Source: Macrostomum lignano | Lineage: Eukaryota | Assembly: GCA_002269645.1 (NCBI GenBank) | Contig: NIVC01000529.1 | Coordinates: 1-64,000 of the forward strand | Direction of reading: 5' to 3' | Length of the DNA stretch: 64,000 nucleotides | Shown: one piece after another, positions 27,040 to 39,764 of the stretch | How positions within the stretch are numbered: the first letter of the stretch is position 1 | Layout: each line of letters starts with the position of its first letter | Notes under the pieces: generated by a model | What the model saw: only the letters and a program-made list of their open reading frames with translations | The model's database searches: none | What the model was told of the DNA's origin: nothing | Position numbers and translations under genes: made by a program

Positions 27040-29095
27040 TCACAATCCAAAAAAGTCACAATTCCTAAAATTCACAATCTCCAAGTTTAACAACCCCTAA
27101 GCTTCACAATCCCAAAGCTTCACAATCCACAACTTCAAAATCCCCAAAGATTCATAATCCCCAACCGTCACAATCTCCAGCTTTACAATTCCCAGGCTTA
27201 AAATCTCCAAATCTTCACAATCCCCAAGCTTCACAATTCCCAAGCTTAAAATCTCCAAAGCTTCACAATCCCCAAGCTTTAAAGTCCCCAAACTTTACAA
27301 CCTCAAAGCTTCATAATCCCCAACCGTCACAATCCCCAAGCTTCCAAGTCCCTTAAACTTTACAACCTCAAAGCTTCACAATATCCAAGCTTCACAATCC
27401 CCAAACTTCACAATCCCCAAGCTTCAAATTCCCCAAACTTCACAATCCCCAAGCTTCAAATTCCCCAAACTTCACAATCTTCAAAGCTTCACAATCCCCA
27501 AACTTCACACCCCAAGCTTTACAACCTTAAAGCTTCACACTCCCCAAGCTTCACAATCTGCAAACTTTACAACCTCAAAGCTTCATAATCCCCAACCGTC
27601 ACAATCCCCAAGCTTCACAATCCGCAAACTTTACAACCTCAAAGCTTCACAATCTTCAAGCTTCACAGTCCGCAAACTTTACAACCTTAAAGCTTCACAC
27701 GTCGCGTCGTTACTTACACAATGTTGATTTTCGGATTCATTTTCCTTTTACTAGCCAAGCGAGCTACAATACCCGATTTAAAGCTTCACAATCCCCAAGC
27801 TTCACAATCCCCAAGCTTCACAATCCCCAAGCATCTCTATTTGCGTGTCAGTGCGTCGCGAATTTCTCAACTTGCGAAATCGTTCTGCATGCTTTTTTTA
27901 GAACTCTCAGAATTTATGGTGTTCAAATAATTGCCTTTACCCCACATCTCTATCAATCCCTTGATTCTTCCCAAGCCGCTGCTTGCCTTTCAATGTCGCG
28001 CATTGTGCCCCCAGTGTGTTGTCTTGGGTGTTGAGCAAAAAATGGTCAATTGTCTAAGCATGACTGCAGCCACATCCAGAGCTTCTGTCCTCATTTGTCT
28101 TCTATGGACTTGAAGTTTATTTAGGCTGTTCAAAAATTTGATTCTTTCTTCTACTAAGGATTAAATTACTTGCTTATCATAGATCTTATATTCGATGGGG
28201 ATTATTCAAGGTAAGAGAAAGTTCTTAGAAGACAGACACTGCCTGTTTTTAATTAAAACATTTCACAAGCATTGTGGAATTGCATTGCAGCAGTTCCAGT
28301 GTGAACTGTTTTTTGTTTTATACAGTCAGGCTGTTTCCACAGTTTGAAAATTTCACCATGGCATAAATTATCGCTGCTGTGTCATCGCTCTGGTATTTCC
28401 TGTTAGCTTTTGCTATTTCTAATTTTCACCTTTCTATTCAAGATAGAGAGAAGAAGCCGCATGGATTTCGAAGAAGTCCAGTGAGGTAGTAATTCGATTT
28501 GGTCAATAAAATATTTACATGAGAGTTTTTCAACTTGCGGTACTTTTGTAGTTTTTACGGCATTTTAAAGTTTTTGGATTGGGATGTTTAAGGGAGTATA
28601 AAACTTGGGGATTGTGAAGCTTACTGTGAAGCTTGGGGATTGCGAAACTTGGCGATTGTGAAGCTTGGGGATTGTGAAGCTTTGAGGTTTTAAAGTTTGG
28701 GGATTGTGAGCTTTGGGGATTGTGAAGTTTGGGGGTGTAAAGCTTGGGGATTGTGAAGCTTGGGGATTGTGAAGTTTGGGGAATGTGAAGCTTGGAGAAT
28801 GTGAAGCGTGGGGGATTGTGAAGCTTGGGGATTGTGAAGCTTGGAGAATGTGAAGCGTGGGGGATTGTGAAGCTTGGGGATTGTGAAGCTTGGAGAATGT
28901 GAAGCGTGGGGGATTTTGAAGCTTGGGGATTGTGAAGAATGGGGATTGTGAAACTTGGGGATTGTGAAACTTGGGGATTGTGAAGCTTGGGGATTGTGAA
29001 GCTTGGGGATTGTGAAGCTTGGGGATTGTGAAGCTTGGAGAATGTGAAGCGTGGGGGACTGTGAAGCTTGGGATCGTGAAGTTTATGGATCGTGA
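27040..29095. mobile_element. Foldback-like structure: inverted 16-bp minisatellite arms around a unique core
   Basis: (CCCCAAGCTTCACAAT)n at 27040-27835 and its reverse complement at 28604-29095. TSD not found. Confidence 0.45.
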
Positions 29096-29544
29096 AATTT
29101 ATATTCCTTCAAATCCAGGCACCACCGCAAAGGTCCTTGGATTAGCTGGGAAACTAGGGAAGGAAGACAGGTTTATAAGCCTGACCCACTGGGGGAATAG
29201 GCTTAAGGGTAATCTGATCTGCCCTGCCGCTCTCCTCCCCTACGGTGTCTTTGCCGAAACTTGAAAACAGACTGGCGTTACGGTCTTCCTTGCCAGAAGA
29301 AAATGCGCCAATTTCTAACGCTGCGGGAAAATCTTCTTTTGCCTTTTCCTAATAAAGAATGACCGAAGGGTTGGGGCTGCTGGCAGGGGGACAACAGGAG
29401 CGGGGAGGGAGGGGGCCGCGAGTCTGCTAAGGCAATTAACGACGTTATAAGACTGACTAACTGGCTTACTGCCTTACTGCCCGGGCGGTGCTTGTGAATA
29501 GAATAAGTCATCGCCACGGGACTGCCACCGAGGCGGATTAGGGG

Positions 29545-30565
29545 CGGATTTAGTGTCATTAGGGGCGGATCTAGTGTGTCATTAGGGGCGGATCTAGTGT
29601 GTCATTAGGGGCGGATGTACGAAAACGGAATTGGACGGATTTGAAGTGTGGATAAGGCGGATTAGGGGCATATTAGGGGCGGATTGAGAGCGGATTAGGG
29701 GAAGATTAGGGGCGGATTGAGAGCGGATTAGGGGAAGATTAGGGGCGGATTGAGGGCGGATTAGAAGAGATAAGGGGCGGATTAGAGGCAGATAAAGGGT
29801 GGATTGACGGCGGATTGGGGGCAGATTAGGGGCGGATTGAGAGCGGATTGGGGAAGATTAGGGGCGGATTGAGGGCAGATAAAGGGCGGATTGACGGCGG
29901 ATTGGGGGCAGATTAGGGGCGGATTGAGAGCGGATTTGGGGAAGATTAGGGGCGGATTGAGGGCAGATCAGGGGTGGATTAGGGACCGATTGGGGGCAGA
30001 TTAGGGCGGATTAGGGGCAGATTGAGGGCGAATTGGAGGCGGATTAGAGGCAAATTTAGAATGTGGATTAGGGGAGGATCCAGATGGCGGATTAGGGGAG
30101 AATTTACAAAGAGGATTAGGGGAGGATCTACAAAGAGGATTATTGGAGGATCTACAAAGAGGATTATTGGAGGATCTACAAAGAGGATTAGGGGAGGATC
30201 TACAAAGAGGATTATTGGAGGATCTACAAAGAGGATTAGGGGATGATCTACAAAGAGGATTAGGGGAGGATCTACAAAGAGGATTATTGGAGGATCTACA
30301 AAGAGGATTAGGGGAGGATCTACAAAGATGATTAGAGGAGGATCTACAAAGAGGATTATTGGAGGATCTACAAAGAGGATTAGGGGAGGATCTACAAAGA
30401 GGATTAGGGGAGGATCTACAAAGAGGATTAGGGGAAGATCTACAAAGAGGATTAGGGGAAGATCTACAAAGAGGATTAGGGGAGGATCTACAAAGAGGAT
30501 TAGGGGAGGATCTACAAAGAGGATTAGGGGAGGATCTACAAAGAGGATTATTGGAGGATCTACAA
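29545..30565 (+). repeat. G-rich TTAGGGG-containing arrays (degenerate about 11-bp, then 24-bp unit)
   Basis: attaggggcgg... grading into ATTAGGGGAGGATCTACAAAGAGG. Confidence 0.9.
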
Positions 30566-31159
30566 GTGGGCTAAAAAATTGAACTGCAGCAATATTTTAC
30601 ATCCTAAAGGTAAAACTGTTAAAATTGAATAAACAAAGAGCCACATGAAAATCAATATGATAGGCAAAATAAACGGACAAAAATATCTTATCTAATATAT
30701 TTAAATATTAATCCAATATTTAATATTATACAATATTAATCGAACGCATGCAAATAGAAGAGAATAGCCAGGATTAACAGTTGTGCTTAGGAAAAAATTA
30801 ATAGCTAGCAGTTAATAGCTTTTATTATGAGTTAATTTAGCAGGAAAATCGAAGGTCAAATAAGCTAATAATAAAAGTTACAGAAAATACAATTTGCTCT
30901 AGGATATTAATGCAGTTAGCAATGTCAGCAAGATAAATTTATAATAACACATTTATCTATTCTTGTACACAAAATAGGCCTATCTGCAGGTAAAAAAGTC
31001 GGCTTTTTAAAGTTGCTAAGATGAAAACTAAATAGCACAGAAACACGGGGGATATTGCCAAAACAAGGGGTTTTAGAGACACATTTTTCAACTGGTTAAT
31101 TGTGCCTATGGGTGATGCATTGAAACTGAGCCTGCTTTTGCGCCAATTCGCATGCTGCA

Positions 31160-32290
31160 TTCACTCAGTCACTCCATTAGTCACTTAGTCTCCTAATCAC
31201 TCAGTCACTCAGTCACTTAGTCTCCTAATCACTCAGGCACTCAGTCACTTAGTCTCCTAATCACTCAGTCACTCCATTAGTCACTTGTCTCCTAATCACT
31301 CAATCACTCAGTCTCCTAATAAATCAGTCACTTGTCTCCTAACCACTCAGTCACTCAGTCACTTAGTCTCCTAATCACTCAATCACTCAGTCACTTAGTC
31401 TCCTAATCACTCAATCACTCAGTCACTTGTCTCCTAACCACTCAATCACTCAGTCACTTAGTCTCCTAATCACTCAATCACTCAGTCACTTGTCTCCTAA
31501 CCACTCAATCACTCAGTCACTTAGTCTCCTAATCACTCAATCACTCAGTCACTTGTCTCCTAACCACTCAATCACTCAGTCACTCAGTCTCCTAATAAAT
31601 CAGTCACTTGTCTCCTAACCACTCAATCACTCAGTCACTCAGTCTCCAAATAAATCAGTCACTTGTCTCCTAACCACTCAATCACTCAGTCACTCAGTCT
31701 CCAAATAAATCAGTCACTCAGTCTCCTAATAAATCAGTCACTCAGTCTCCTAGTCACTCAGTCACTCAGTCGCTCAAGCCCATCACTATTTAGTTACTCA
31801 GTCGCTCAAGCCCATCACTATTTAGTTACTCAGTCGCTCAAGCCCATCACTATTTAGTTACTCAGTCGCTCAAGTCCATCACTATTTAGTTACTCAGTCG
31901 CTCAAGCCCATCACTATTTAGTTACTCAGTCGCTCAAGCCCATCACTATTTAGTTACTCAGTCGCTCAAGTCCATCACTATTTAGTTACTCAGTCGCTCA
32001 AGTCCATCACTATTTAGTTACTCAGTCGCTCAAGTCCATCACTATTTAGTTACTCAGTCGCTCAAGTCCATCACTATTTAGTTACTCAGTCGCTCAAGCC
32101 CATCACTATTTAGTTACTCAGTCGCTCAAGTCCATCACTATTTAGTTACTCAGTCGCTCAAGTCCATCACTATTTAGTTACTCAGTCGCTCAAGCCCATC
32201 ACTATTTAGTTACTCAGTCGCTCAAGTCCATCACTATTTAGTTACTCAGTCGCTCAAGCCCATCACTATTTAGTTACTCAGTCGCTCACC
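31160..32290 (+). repeat. Adjacent TCACTCAG-rich array and 32-bp minisatellite
   Basis: AGTCGCTCAAGCCCATCACTATTTAGTTACTC from about 31765. Confidence 0.9.
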
Positions 32291-33091
32291 AAGTCCCTCA
32301 TTCAGTCAGTCAATAAGTGGGCTCAGTCAAAGACCCAAATTCGTAACCATTGGGCCTCACACCAAACGCACTGATACTGGCCTACCGGTGCACACTACTA
32401 GTAGTAGTACAATAAAGGTCAAAGACTAGACAAACAAGGCAGTTCAATAAACTGGTAGCGGGCGGGCGCCATCACGACAGCAGCTTTGAAGCAATTGAAT
32501 ATAATAAAACCTACTAATAAAAACAAGCAGAACTATACAAGGCGCCTTTGAACATGAATTGTTTTGTTTTAAATTTATACGCTTCAAACAGAACTATAAT
32601 GATGGTAATAAAAACTAGAAACTGGCAGACCAAAAAATTGATAAATATTTTAATAAATGACTCTGGATAAAAAGTTATACAATGCATGAGAATTGAATTA
32701 TAACAGGACCCAGATAGCAAATGCCAACTTAAAGCTACCAAGAGGGCAGAGTCGAGCGTTTAAACAAATCATACGAGTATAACACAACCCAAACTGAAAT
32801 ACGCGTGTTACACTACTGCTATTGCTTTGTCAGTCAGTAGAGTTGTCTGCGCCGTAAATATTGATTTCTTAATAATGAATAAAGAATAATTACTTACTAG
32901 ACTAATAAAATACTATTATTACGATTTTGCATTACACAGTCGCAGGATTCCCACGCCATCGGCATATCAGCGCACAGTACGGTCGTGTGAGAGACAGAAA
33001 AATAAGTGAGGAAGACTGATGGACGCGTACGGCATATGAAGGGTTGATATGATGTAAGAAAAAAAAGGTTAAACAGCTAGAGTGATATTGG

Positions 33092-33180
33092 AAAGCAGAC
33101 AGACAGGCAGACAGACAGGCAGGCAGGCAGACAGACAGACAGACAGAAAGGCAGACAGACAGACAGACAGACAGGTAGGC

Positions 33181-33253
<73 letters not shown>

Positions 33254-33260
33254 GGTAGGC

Positions 33261-33291
<31 letters not shown>

Positions 33292-33452
33292 TAGGCAGAC
33301 AGACAGACAGACAGGTAGGCAGACAGACAGACAGACAGACAGATAGGCAGACAGACAGACAGACAGGTAGGCAGACAGACAGGCAGACAGACAGACAGAC
33401 AGATAGGCAGACAGACAGACAGACAGGTAGGCAGACAGACAGACAGACAGGT
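33092..33452 (+). repeat. (GACA)n microsatellite
   Basis: Direct reading. Confidence 0.95.
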
Positions 33453-33593
33453 ATTTTTTCCTATCTGGAAGCTGCCGCCTTCCAATCAAAGGAATCTCAG
33501 TCAGGCAATCAGTCATCTCTGCATTGAAAATTCGAAGCAAAATTATTACAGAAATTATCGATCCCCATGGCAACACAATTTTTCATTCTCTGT

Positions 33594-33806
33594 TCAGCAC
33601 CGAGGCACCCGGGGCAGCAGAGCGCAGGCCCTGTCTGCGGCTTCATCTTTGGCTTTGACGTCAACTGACTCGGCGTTGAAAGTGCCGGAGTCGCCGCCGC
33701 CCTGCTCAGCCGCCGCTTCTTCATCGTCGTCTCCGTCGCCGTCGTCCCAGGCGCCAACACAGGCTGGGGAGCCGCAGGCGCAGATTTTCTGCAGCTGTTC
33801 GCGCGA
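33594..33806 (-). CDS. Unidentified gene, exon 2 (CACGSPAC motif, acidic tract)
   Basis: cccccactcacccag|TCG.. encodes SREQLQKICACGSPACVGAWDDGDGDDDEE..RC*, 71 codons, phase 0. Confidence 0.55.
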   Translation of the reverse strand, partial: SREQLQKICACGSPACVGAWDDGDGDDDEEAAAEQGGGDSGTFNAESVDVKAKDEAADRACALLPRVPRC

Positions 33807-33894
33807 CTGGGTGAGTGGGGGAAGAAGAACAAGGGATAATTTTTATAGATTTTTTAGAAGTTCTAAAAACTCGGGTTCTAAAATATATGATGGA

Positions 33895-34790
33895 TATTCT
33901 AAGAAATGAAATTGCGATTCTAAGAAATGAAATTGCGATTTTAAGAAATGAAATTGCGATTTCAAGAAATGAGATTAGGGTTCTTAGAAATGAGATGGCG
34001 ATTATAAGAAATGAAATTGCGATTCTAAGAAATGAAATTGCGATTTTAAGAAATAAAATTGCGATTTCAAGAAATGAGATTAGGGTTCTAAGAAATGAGA
34101 TGGCGATTCTAAGAAATGAAATTGCGATTCTAAGAAATGAAATTGCGATTTCAAGAAATGAGATTAGGGTTCTAAGAAATGAGATGGCGATTCTAAGAAA
34201 TGAAATTGCGATTCTAAGAAATGAAATTGCGATTTCAAGAAATGAGATTAGGGTTCTAAGAAATGAGATGGCGATTCTAAGAAATGAAATTGCGATTCTA
34301 AGAAATGAAATTGCGATTTCAAGAAATGAGATTAGGGTTCTTAGAAATGAGATGGCGATTATAAGAAATGAAATTGCGATTCTAAGAAATGAAATTGCGA
34401 TTTTAAGAAATAAAATTGCGATTTTAAGAAATGAGATTAGGGTTCTAAGAAATGAGATGGCGATTCTAAGAAATGAAATTGCGATTCTAAGAAATAAAAT
34501 TGCGATTCCAAGAAATGAGATTAGGGTTCTAAGAAATGAGATGGCGATTCTAAGAAATGAAATTGCGATTCTAAGAAATGAAATTGCGATTTCAAGAAAT
34601 GAGATTAGGGTTCTAAGAAATGAGATGGCGATTCTAAGAAATGAAATTGCGATTCTAAGAAATGAAATTGCGATTTCAAGAAATGAGATTAGGGTTCTAA
34701 GAAATGAGATGGCGATTCTAAGAAATGAAAATTGCGATTCTAAGAAATGAAATTGCTAGAGAAAATTGAAAATTGCGATTCTAAGAAATA
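33895..34790 (+). repeat. 21-bp minisatellite with higher-order structure
   Basis: AAGAAATGAAATTGCGATTCT, with a marker unit every 84 or 105 bp. Confidence 0.95.
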
Positions 34791-35047
34791 AAAGAAATAA
34801 GAAATAAGAAATAAAATGGAATTGTGAATATAAGAAATAGAAACGCTATTGTAATTAGCTTGATAGAGATTCCAAGGAGATATGAAAGGTATTTTTTTAA
34901 AGAACTAAGATTCGAAACTGAATTCTAAGAAAACCGTTATTAGGATTCTAAAAAGTAAAATAGGTATTTCAAGAAGCAGATTGTACATATTGCACAGATT
35001 GTAGAGTGTAGAGTGTAGAATGGATCAGTCAGCATGCGGGAACTCAC

Positions 35048-35416
35048 CATGGGCACCGTGGCCCTGTGAGTGGCAGGCTGACGATCTCTACGCTGCAGTC
35101 GGGCTTCAACCGGAGATGCGGCATCAGCGCCGGGCTCCGCAGCTTCCGTCTTGTCCGGCTCCGCGGCGTCCGGAGATCCCCACAAACTCAAGCCGATAGG
35201 ATCTGTACACAAGCTTGGAGCGCTCCATCTTGATTGATGATTCTGACCAGGCAACTGCAGAGGATGCCGCTGGTGCTGCTGCTGATACTGATGATGCTCG
35301 GTGGAGGCTGGATGAATTCGAATACGAAGCTGTTCAACCATTGTGGTTGTGACTGCGGCGGCGGCGGCTGCGGCGGCCGCTGCATTGGCCGCCGAGGCTG
35401 CTGGCTGGCCCGTCAT
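35048..35416 (-). CDS. Unidentified gene, exon 1 (poly-Ala, Q/H-rich)
   Basis: ATG at 35416, GC-rich open frame, donor ATG|gtgagt (phase 0). True start could lie further upstream. Confidence 0.55.
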
Positions 35417-36164
35417 CAATCTGCCGCGGGATTCGCTGATGCCGCTGGCTGGCTGCAGGTGACGATGCACTTTTGTTTTTAATTGACTCCGCACTGGCAA
35501 TGGAGCTGCTGAGGTGCAGCAGGGGGGTAGGCCGGTTGTTATAGCATTCGATGCGAAAAGTTTACATAGATGGATTGCTAGTCTAGCCAAACTGATATAT
35601 TTTCAAGATTTGGGATTTGAAAGAGATGAAGGATTATAAGGATTATAATAATGGATTGCTAGTCTAGCCAAACTGATATATTTTTGAGATTTTGAAATTA
35701 AAATATGAAGGATTAAAAAAGTCTCGTGCAGAACTGATGCGATGAAAAATGATGAAATTAATTTTTATTACTTACAATTTTAAAAGAAAGATGAAGAACT
35801 TAAAATCGCAATTGAGTCCTTGATAGCAATAATAATAATAGTATTCATATTATTTACCAGTAATGAATTAAAAGCGCATATGGAACACATTAGACTAAAT
35901 TGCTTTTAACTGTAACAGAAAATAGACAAAATTAAACAAATAGAAAACAGGGGACACTAATTTCTGAGAGAAACTTTAAACTCCAGATACATGATAACTA
36001 TTTATAAATATGAAGCCAAACTTAACAAAGGAGAACTCGAGACGGGCTGGAGATATAAAAAATGCAAACTGACTTTTTTCCCTCTCACTTTAAGTGCAAT
36101 TCAAACAAGAACGCGCGGCAGCAACCTTATGGGTACCGTGGTTACCGCCGTTTCGAAATCACTG

Positions 36165-36860
36165 CTATCTGGAAGGGCGAGTGTGGAAGGGCGATTTTGT
36201 AAGGGTGATTCTAATAGGGCGATTCTAGACGGGCGATTTTGAAGAGCGATTTAAGAAGAGGAATTCTGGAAGGGCGATTCTGGAAAGGCGATTCTAGTAG
36301 GGCGATTCTGGAAGGGCGATTCTGGAAGGGCGATTCTAGAAAGGCGATTCTAGTAGGGCGATTCTGGAAGGGCGATTCTAGAAAGGCGACTCTAGTAGGG
36401 CGATTCTGGAAGGGCGATTCTGGAAGGGCGATTCTCGAAAGGCGATTCTGGAAGGGCGATTCTAGAAAGGCGATTCTAGTAGGGCGATTCTGGAAGGGCG
36501 ATTCTGGAATGGCGATTCTCGAAAGGCGATTCTGGAAGGGCGATTCTAGAATGGCGATTCTAGTAGGGCGATTCTGGAAAGGCGATTCTAGTAGGGCGAT
36601 TCTGGAAGGGCGATTCTGGAAGGGCGATTCTCGAAAGGCGATTCTGGAAGGGCGATTCTAGAAAGGCGATTCTAGTAGGGCGATTCTGGAAGGGCGATTC
36701 TGGAAGGGCGATTCTCGAAAGGCGATTCTGGAAGGGCGATTCTAGAAGGGCGATTCTACTAGGGCGATTCTGGAAAGGCGATTCTAGAAGGGTAATTCTG
36801 GAAGGGCGATTCTAGTAGGGCGATTCTGAAAAGGCGATTCTAAAAGGGCGATTCTATAAA
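36165..36860 (+). repeat. 14-bp minisatellite GGGCGATTCTGGAA
   Basis: Direct reading. Confidence 0.95.
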
Positions 36861-37384
36861 AACTTTTATACCGAGAAAACCAATTGCAAGTGCAATATAA
36901 GTGGCTAGAAGGGCCAAGCAGACAACACGCACGCATCACGAGCTATAAAAAATGCCCACATATATTGAAAAATAGGGACAGGGTTAGATTAAAAAGACAC
37001 AAATTGTTGACACATACTAAAGTGAGGGCGCACGGCCCTTCATAAGGGTAGAAAACGAGAAAAAATGAACCATAAGCAAACGTGGCTTACACACAAAAAT
37101 ACACAATGCAGAGAGTGCAGCCGATCAACGCATTTATAAAAGCTGCCAAATGGACAATTTAAGATGAATTGGAGACACCCTGTTTTTATAACAAAAATAA
37201 TATTATTACAATAGTAAATTGAGAGCATTTGCATATACACACACGGGGCATTGATAAAAATGCTTAGAACAAAAAACTTTATTAATTTTCAAAACTACCG
37301 CAGTTAGCCACAGAGCTGGCATGGTTACTGAGATAAAAATGCCCAACTTTGCTATCGAAAATTATCATAGTAGTTACTACAGCT

Positions 37385-39555
37385 GGATATAAAACTACCG
37401 CAGTTGGATTCAAATCTACCGCAACTGGATTCAAATCTACTGCAATTGGATTCAAAACTACTGCAATTGGATTCAAAACTACTGCAATTGGATTCAAATC
37501 TACTGCAATTGGATTCAAATCTACTGCAATTGGATTCAAATCTACCGCAGTTGGATTCAAATCTACTGCAATTGGATTCAAATCTACTGCAATTGGATTC
37601 AAAACTACCGCAGTTGGATTCAAATCTACCGCAACTGGATTCAAATCTACTGCAATTGGATTCAAAACTACTGCAATTGGATTCAAATCTACTGCAATTG
37701 GATTCAAATCTACTGCAATTGGATTCAAATCTACCGCAGTTGGATTCAAATCTACTGCAATTGGAATCAAATCTACTGCAATTGGATTCAAATCTACTGC
37801 AATTGGATTCAAAACTACTGCAATTGGATTCAAATCTACCGCAGGTGGATTCAAATCTACTGCAATTGGATTCAAAACTACTGCAATTGGATTCAAAACT
37901 ACTGCAATTGGATTCAAATCTACTGCAATTGGATTCAAATCTACTGCAATTGGATTCAAATCTACCGCAGTTGGATTCAAATCTACTGCAATTGGATTCA
38001 AATCTACTGCAATTGGATTCAAAACTACCGCAGTTGGATTCAAATCTACCGCAACTGGATTCAAATCTACTGCAATTGGATTCAAAACTACTGCAATTGG
38101 ATTCAAATCTACTGCAATTGGATTCAAATCTACTGCAATTGGATTCAAATCTACCGCAGTTGGATTCAAATCTACTGCAATTGGAATCAAATCTACTGCA
38201 ATTGGATTCAAATCTACTGCAATTGGATTCAAATCTACCGCAGGTGGATTCAAATCTACTGCAATTGGATTCAAATCTACTGCAATTGGATTCAAATCTA
38301 CCGCAGGTGGATTCAAATCTACTGCAATTGGATTCAAATCTACTGCAATTGGATTCAAATCTACCGCAGTTGGATTCAAATCTACTGCAATTGGATTCAA
38401 ATCTACTGCAATTGGATTCAAAACTACCGCAGTTGGATTCAAATCTACCGCAACTGGATTCAAATCTACTGCAATTGGATTCAAAACTACTGCAATTGGA
38501 TTCAAATCTACTGCAATTGGATTCAAATCTACTGCAATTGGATTCAAATCTACCGCAGTTGGATTCAAATCTACTGCAATTGGAATCAAATCTACTGCAA
38601 TTGGATTCAAATCTACTGCAATTGGATTCAAATCTACCGCAGGTGGATTCAAATCTACTGCAATTGGATTCAAATCTACTGCAATTGGATTCAAATCTAC
38701 CGCAGGTGGATTCAAATCTACTGCAATTGGATTCAAATCTACCGCAGTTGGATTCAAATCTACTGCAATTGGATTCAAATCTACTGCAATTGGATTCAAA
38801 TCTACCGCAGGTGGATTCAAATCTACCGCAGTTGAATTCAAATCTACCGCAGTTGAATTCAAATCTACCGCAGTTGGATTCAAATCTACCGCAGGTGGAT
38901 TCATATCTACCGCAGTTGGATTCAAATCCACCGCATGTGGATTCAAATCTACCGCAGTTGGATTCAAATCCACCGCAGTTGAATTCAAATCTACCGCAGT
39001 TGAATTCAAATCTACCGCAGGTGGATTTAAATCTACCGCAGTTGAATTCAAATCCACCGCAGTTGAATTCAAATCTACCGCAGGTGGATTCAAATCTACT
39101 GCATTGAATTCAAATCTACCGCCAGTTGAATTCAAATCTACCGCAGGTGGATTTAAATCTATCGCAGGTGGATTCAAATCTACCGCAGTTGGATTCAAAT
39201 CTACCGCAGGTGGATTCAAATCTACTGCAATTGGATTTAAATCTACTGCAATTGGATTCAAATCTACTGCAATTGGATTCAAATCTACTGCAATTGGATT
39301 CAAATCTACCGCAATTGGATTCAAGTCTACCGCAACTGGATTCAAATCTTACTGCAACTGGATTCAAGTCTACCGCAACTGGATTCAAGTCTACCGCAAC
39401 TGGAGTCAAATCTACCGCAATTGGATTCAAATCTACTGCAGTTGAATTCAAATCTACCGCAATTGGATTCAAATCTACTGCCAGTTGAATTCAAATCTAC
39501 CGCAGTTGGATTCAAATCTACCGCAGTTGGATTCAAATCTACCGCAGTTATTTTC
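37385..39555 (+). repeat. 21-bp minisatellite GGATTCAAATCTACTGCAATT with about 420-bp higher-order repeat
   Basis: Lines 37561, 37981 and 38401 are identical. Confidence 0.97.
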
Positions 39556-39764
39556 GCCCAGATTTGGCCCTATGCAGATGGATTCAAATCAATCGCGGCT
39601 AATTTCAAAACTACATCAGTTAGACTCAAAACTACCGGAAATAAGTCTAAAACTACCTCGATGGGATTCAAAACTGCCGCAGTTGTCTGCGCCGTGACTT
39701 GGCTACCGGTCAGCTCAGTTACGCCGCGACAAAGCTTCGATTGATCGCGACTTGGCGGCTCGGC

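Noticed and set aside
33649-33816. Plus-strand exon ending at GACTGG|gtgagt
   Set aside because: The motif is the complement of the C-rich minus-strand acceptor (actcacccag), and no + strand partner exons were found.
33815-34750. 311-aa perfect heptad coiled-coil ORF (ILRNEIA)n
   Set aside because: It is the translation of a 21-bp minisatellite lying antisense in an intron. A 7-codon unit is easily stop-free.
37282-39488. Several 500-700 aa ORFs on both strands (TAIGFKS, NPIAVDL, LDSNLLQ)
   Set aside because: Multiple frames are open because of the 21-bp unit. No unique domain.
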